Assembly: GCF_963853765.1 (NCBI RefSeq)
Contig: NC_088858.1
Span: forward strand, 6,076,001 to 6,140,000
Length of the DNA: 64,000 nucleotides
Direction: 5' to 3'
From: Magallana gigas
Taxonomy: Eukaryota
The notes beneath the pieces were generated by a model. That model saw only the letters and a program-made list of their open reading frames with translations. It did not search any database and was not told the DNA's origin. This document shows positions 62,010 to 64,000 of this stretch, one piece after another. How positions within the stretch are numbered: the first letter of the stretch is position 1; each line of letters starts with the position of its first letter. The position numbers and the translations under genes were made by a program.

Positions 62010-62813
62010 CAGGAATCAGACCTTTGATTTTGCATCTGTGACCAGCAGCATCCTATGCCACTTTTAAGTGGGGGGGGGGGGGGGGGAAGGGGGGTTACAC
62101 AGGAATAGGTAGAGAAAAATATTTTTTTTCTGAAAACCCAATTGGCCAGAATTGCTGAAACTTGCATGAAATCATCGTCAGGTACTGTATATTCGCTTTT
62201 AGCGAGTTGTGTATTTTTTTTAATTATTATTTTATCTTTCTTTTTTTTTTTGGCAACATTTGATACCTTGGAGAGTAAAACAGGAATAGAAAAAGTATTG
62301 TCATAATTACTAAAACCAAAAAAATGGGCTTGCAAGATCTACTGTACTTAATTGTCAAGATATTTTGATTTTGATAATTTAATGGTGATCAGGGTTGTGG
62401 CTACTGCTGCTAATGTGAGCGATGTGACCCTGGCCTCTTGTTTAATTAACAGGTATTCTCAAAATTGTACTTTTATTCAAACAGTTTTACATGTTGTTAA
62501 TCCATAATTCTCTAGACCTATGCCCTAGACAATCATTAGGCCACACAAGAGGTTCAAAGTTTGATGTAGATTTACATAGATAAAAACAGTTGTGTGAGAT
62601 CTTGTTGAGAACTACAATGCGCAATATGTGATACGACTATCAAAGTCTCCTGTTGCAAAGGGGCTTATTGTGTGTTCACAAATGAATATCTGGAGAAATA
62701 TTTGAATTTTTTTTTGTTAATTTAGGTTATATTTTGTATATGACTCTATACGCTGGTTTTATTATGGCTATTGATGCTCAGGTGAGCGATGCGGCCCATT
62801 GGCCTCTTGTGTT
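62010..62813 (-). mobile_element. Two degenerate Helentron-type elements in minus orientation
   Basis: Reverse-complement 5' ends gtgagcgatgtgaccctggcctcttgttt (to 62443) and caggtgagcgatgcggcccattggcctcttgtgtt (to 62813); left limit approximate. Confidence 0.6.
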
Positions 62814-63059
62814 ATTATGCTACGTTGTTGATCCAAATGCAATGTCATGGAAACTCGACAAAACTATATTCTTGTTTCTTTTACTTTGCAATCAGCTAGT
62901 CAAACAGAGGCCCCACAATAAATTATGAAAGACAATAGCCGTACAACATCTTTGGTGATGCACGACTCTCCTTCTGTCCGGTTGTCTTCCGGATATCTAT
63001 ACTAAACTGAGACACCCTTGAAAAAGTGTAATGCATTTTGTGACCAGTCTCAGATAAAC

Positions 63060-63290
63060 TCATTTGTGGAACAAACCTAAGAGATGAGTTAAAATAGAGG
63101 ACAGGAGTGGGACAAGGATGTCTGCTCTCTCTCCTATTTTCGCATTTTGCATTGACTGGATCATGGAAGAAACCATCAGAAGTAAGTGAACGGAAATTAG
63201 TTGGATCATGTCGGAAATGCTGGAATATATGATATACATGTAGCACTGCTTTCACACAGGCACCGTCACATGCACCACTCTCCAATATTT
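63060..63290 (+). pseudogene. Decayed RTE-type LINE reverse transcriptase fragment
   Basis: With frameshifts reads TGVGQGCLLSL-LF, IDWIMEETIR, GISWIMSEMLE, VALLSHRHRHMH, collinear with RTE RT (TGVRQGCLLSP..IDW..GIQW..DDLALLSH). Confidence 0.7.
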
Positions 63291-64000
63291 AGCATGCACC
63301 ACAAAGGAGGACCCCAAGCACATATCCTGATTTTTGGTGCATGTGCTGATCTCCGTCGATACAACTGTAAAAGAGTTTCGCGTCTATTGTGGAGAGTTTT
63401 GCTTTTTATCGCGAAAGATTCTCGTTTGTTTGTTTTTTGGTTTGTTTTTTTTTTCTTTGCAAAAGTTGTGCGTTATATCGGCATTTTCTCGTTTTTATAG
63501 CTACGAAAATGAGCAGAAGCGACTTTTGTAGTTTGGTATCAAGATCGTGTGAGAAAAAGTGTATAAGGTTATCGTTTTTTTTCTCATATCGGAAGGAAAT
63601 ACGTATAGGTCGCATTATGGAGGTTTCCCATACCTCCCTAAGGTTACAAATGAAAATGTCGTATTTATAATGTACGAGATAGGTAAAGTATAAGACTTTG
63701 TTTGGGTTAAAGGCAACTATAAATCGGTCTTAAGGTTTCCGTAAATTTCCAGGCTTTGGTACGTATATATAATGCGTGAATGTTCTAAGCATGCTGTGTG
63801 AAGGACAAAAATAGACAAACATGACCGTTCTACACTCTGTCCAATGTTGTGTAGCATTGTATATGTAAGGTGCTCACAAATTACACAAGCCACGATAATG
63901 ACCGACAATAATGAGAATAGTATCCTTTGTTTGTCGTGGGCACCTGCTAACTTAGTGCAACTTCCCATGTGAGAACAATTCTGGAGACCTTTTCATTCTT

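Noticed and set aside
62923-63670. Cluster of 60-120 aa ORFs near the window end
   Set aside because: Explained by the decayed RTE fragment and low-complexity T-rich repeat DNA.

Overview
AT-rich, intron-rich eukaryotic genomic DNA, most likely from an oyster-type bivalve; this is inferred from the repeat families and gene content, not from a database search. Five spliced genes could be assembled by hand on the + strand, with every exon length and phase checked: endophilin A (5633-19257, 352 aa), a CIB calcium- and integrin-binding protein (25281-27459, 189 aa, one GC-AG intron), two tandem msp130/choice-of-anchor-I-like secreted protein paralogues (30454-36837 and 45739-50094, 566 aa each) and TRIP4/ASC-1 (52995-61443, 522 aa). 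There is also a GC-rich orphan gene with an uninterrupted coding region (1680-3443, 587 aa, N-terminal C2H2-like finger) and a spliced leader. Introns and intergenic DNA are full of non-autonomous elements: palindromic Crypton-like hairpins, TTAA Kolobok-like MITEs, MITEs with 9- and 11-bp TSDs, Helentron/satellite elements and two decayed RT relics. The best leads are: (i) the msp130 pair, with patchy gene conversion, selective loss of acidic motif residues in copy A, and a shared nuclear-receptor direct repeat next to a TATA-like box; (ii) two candidate RBFOX/eMIC-type microexons and a possible SH3-less terminal exon in endophilin; (iii) the orphan ORF. No CRISPR array, rRNA or intact tRNA was seen.
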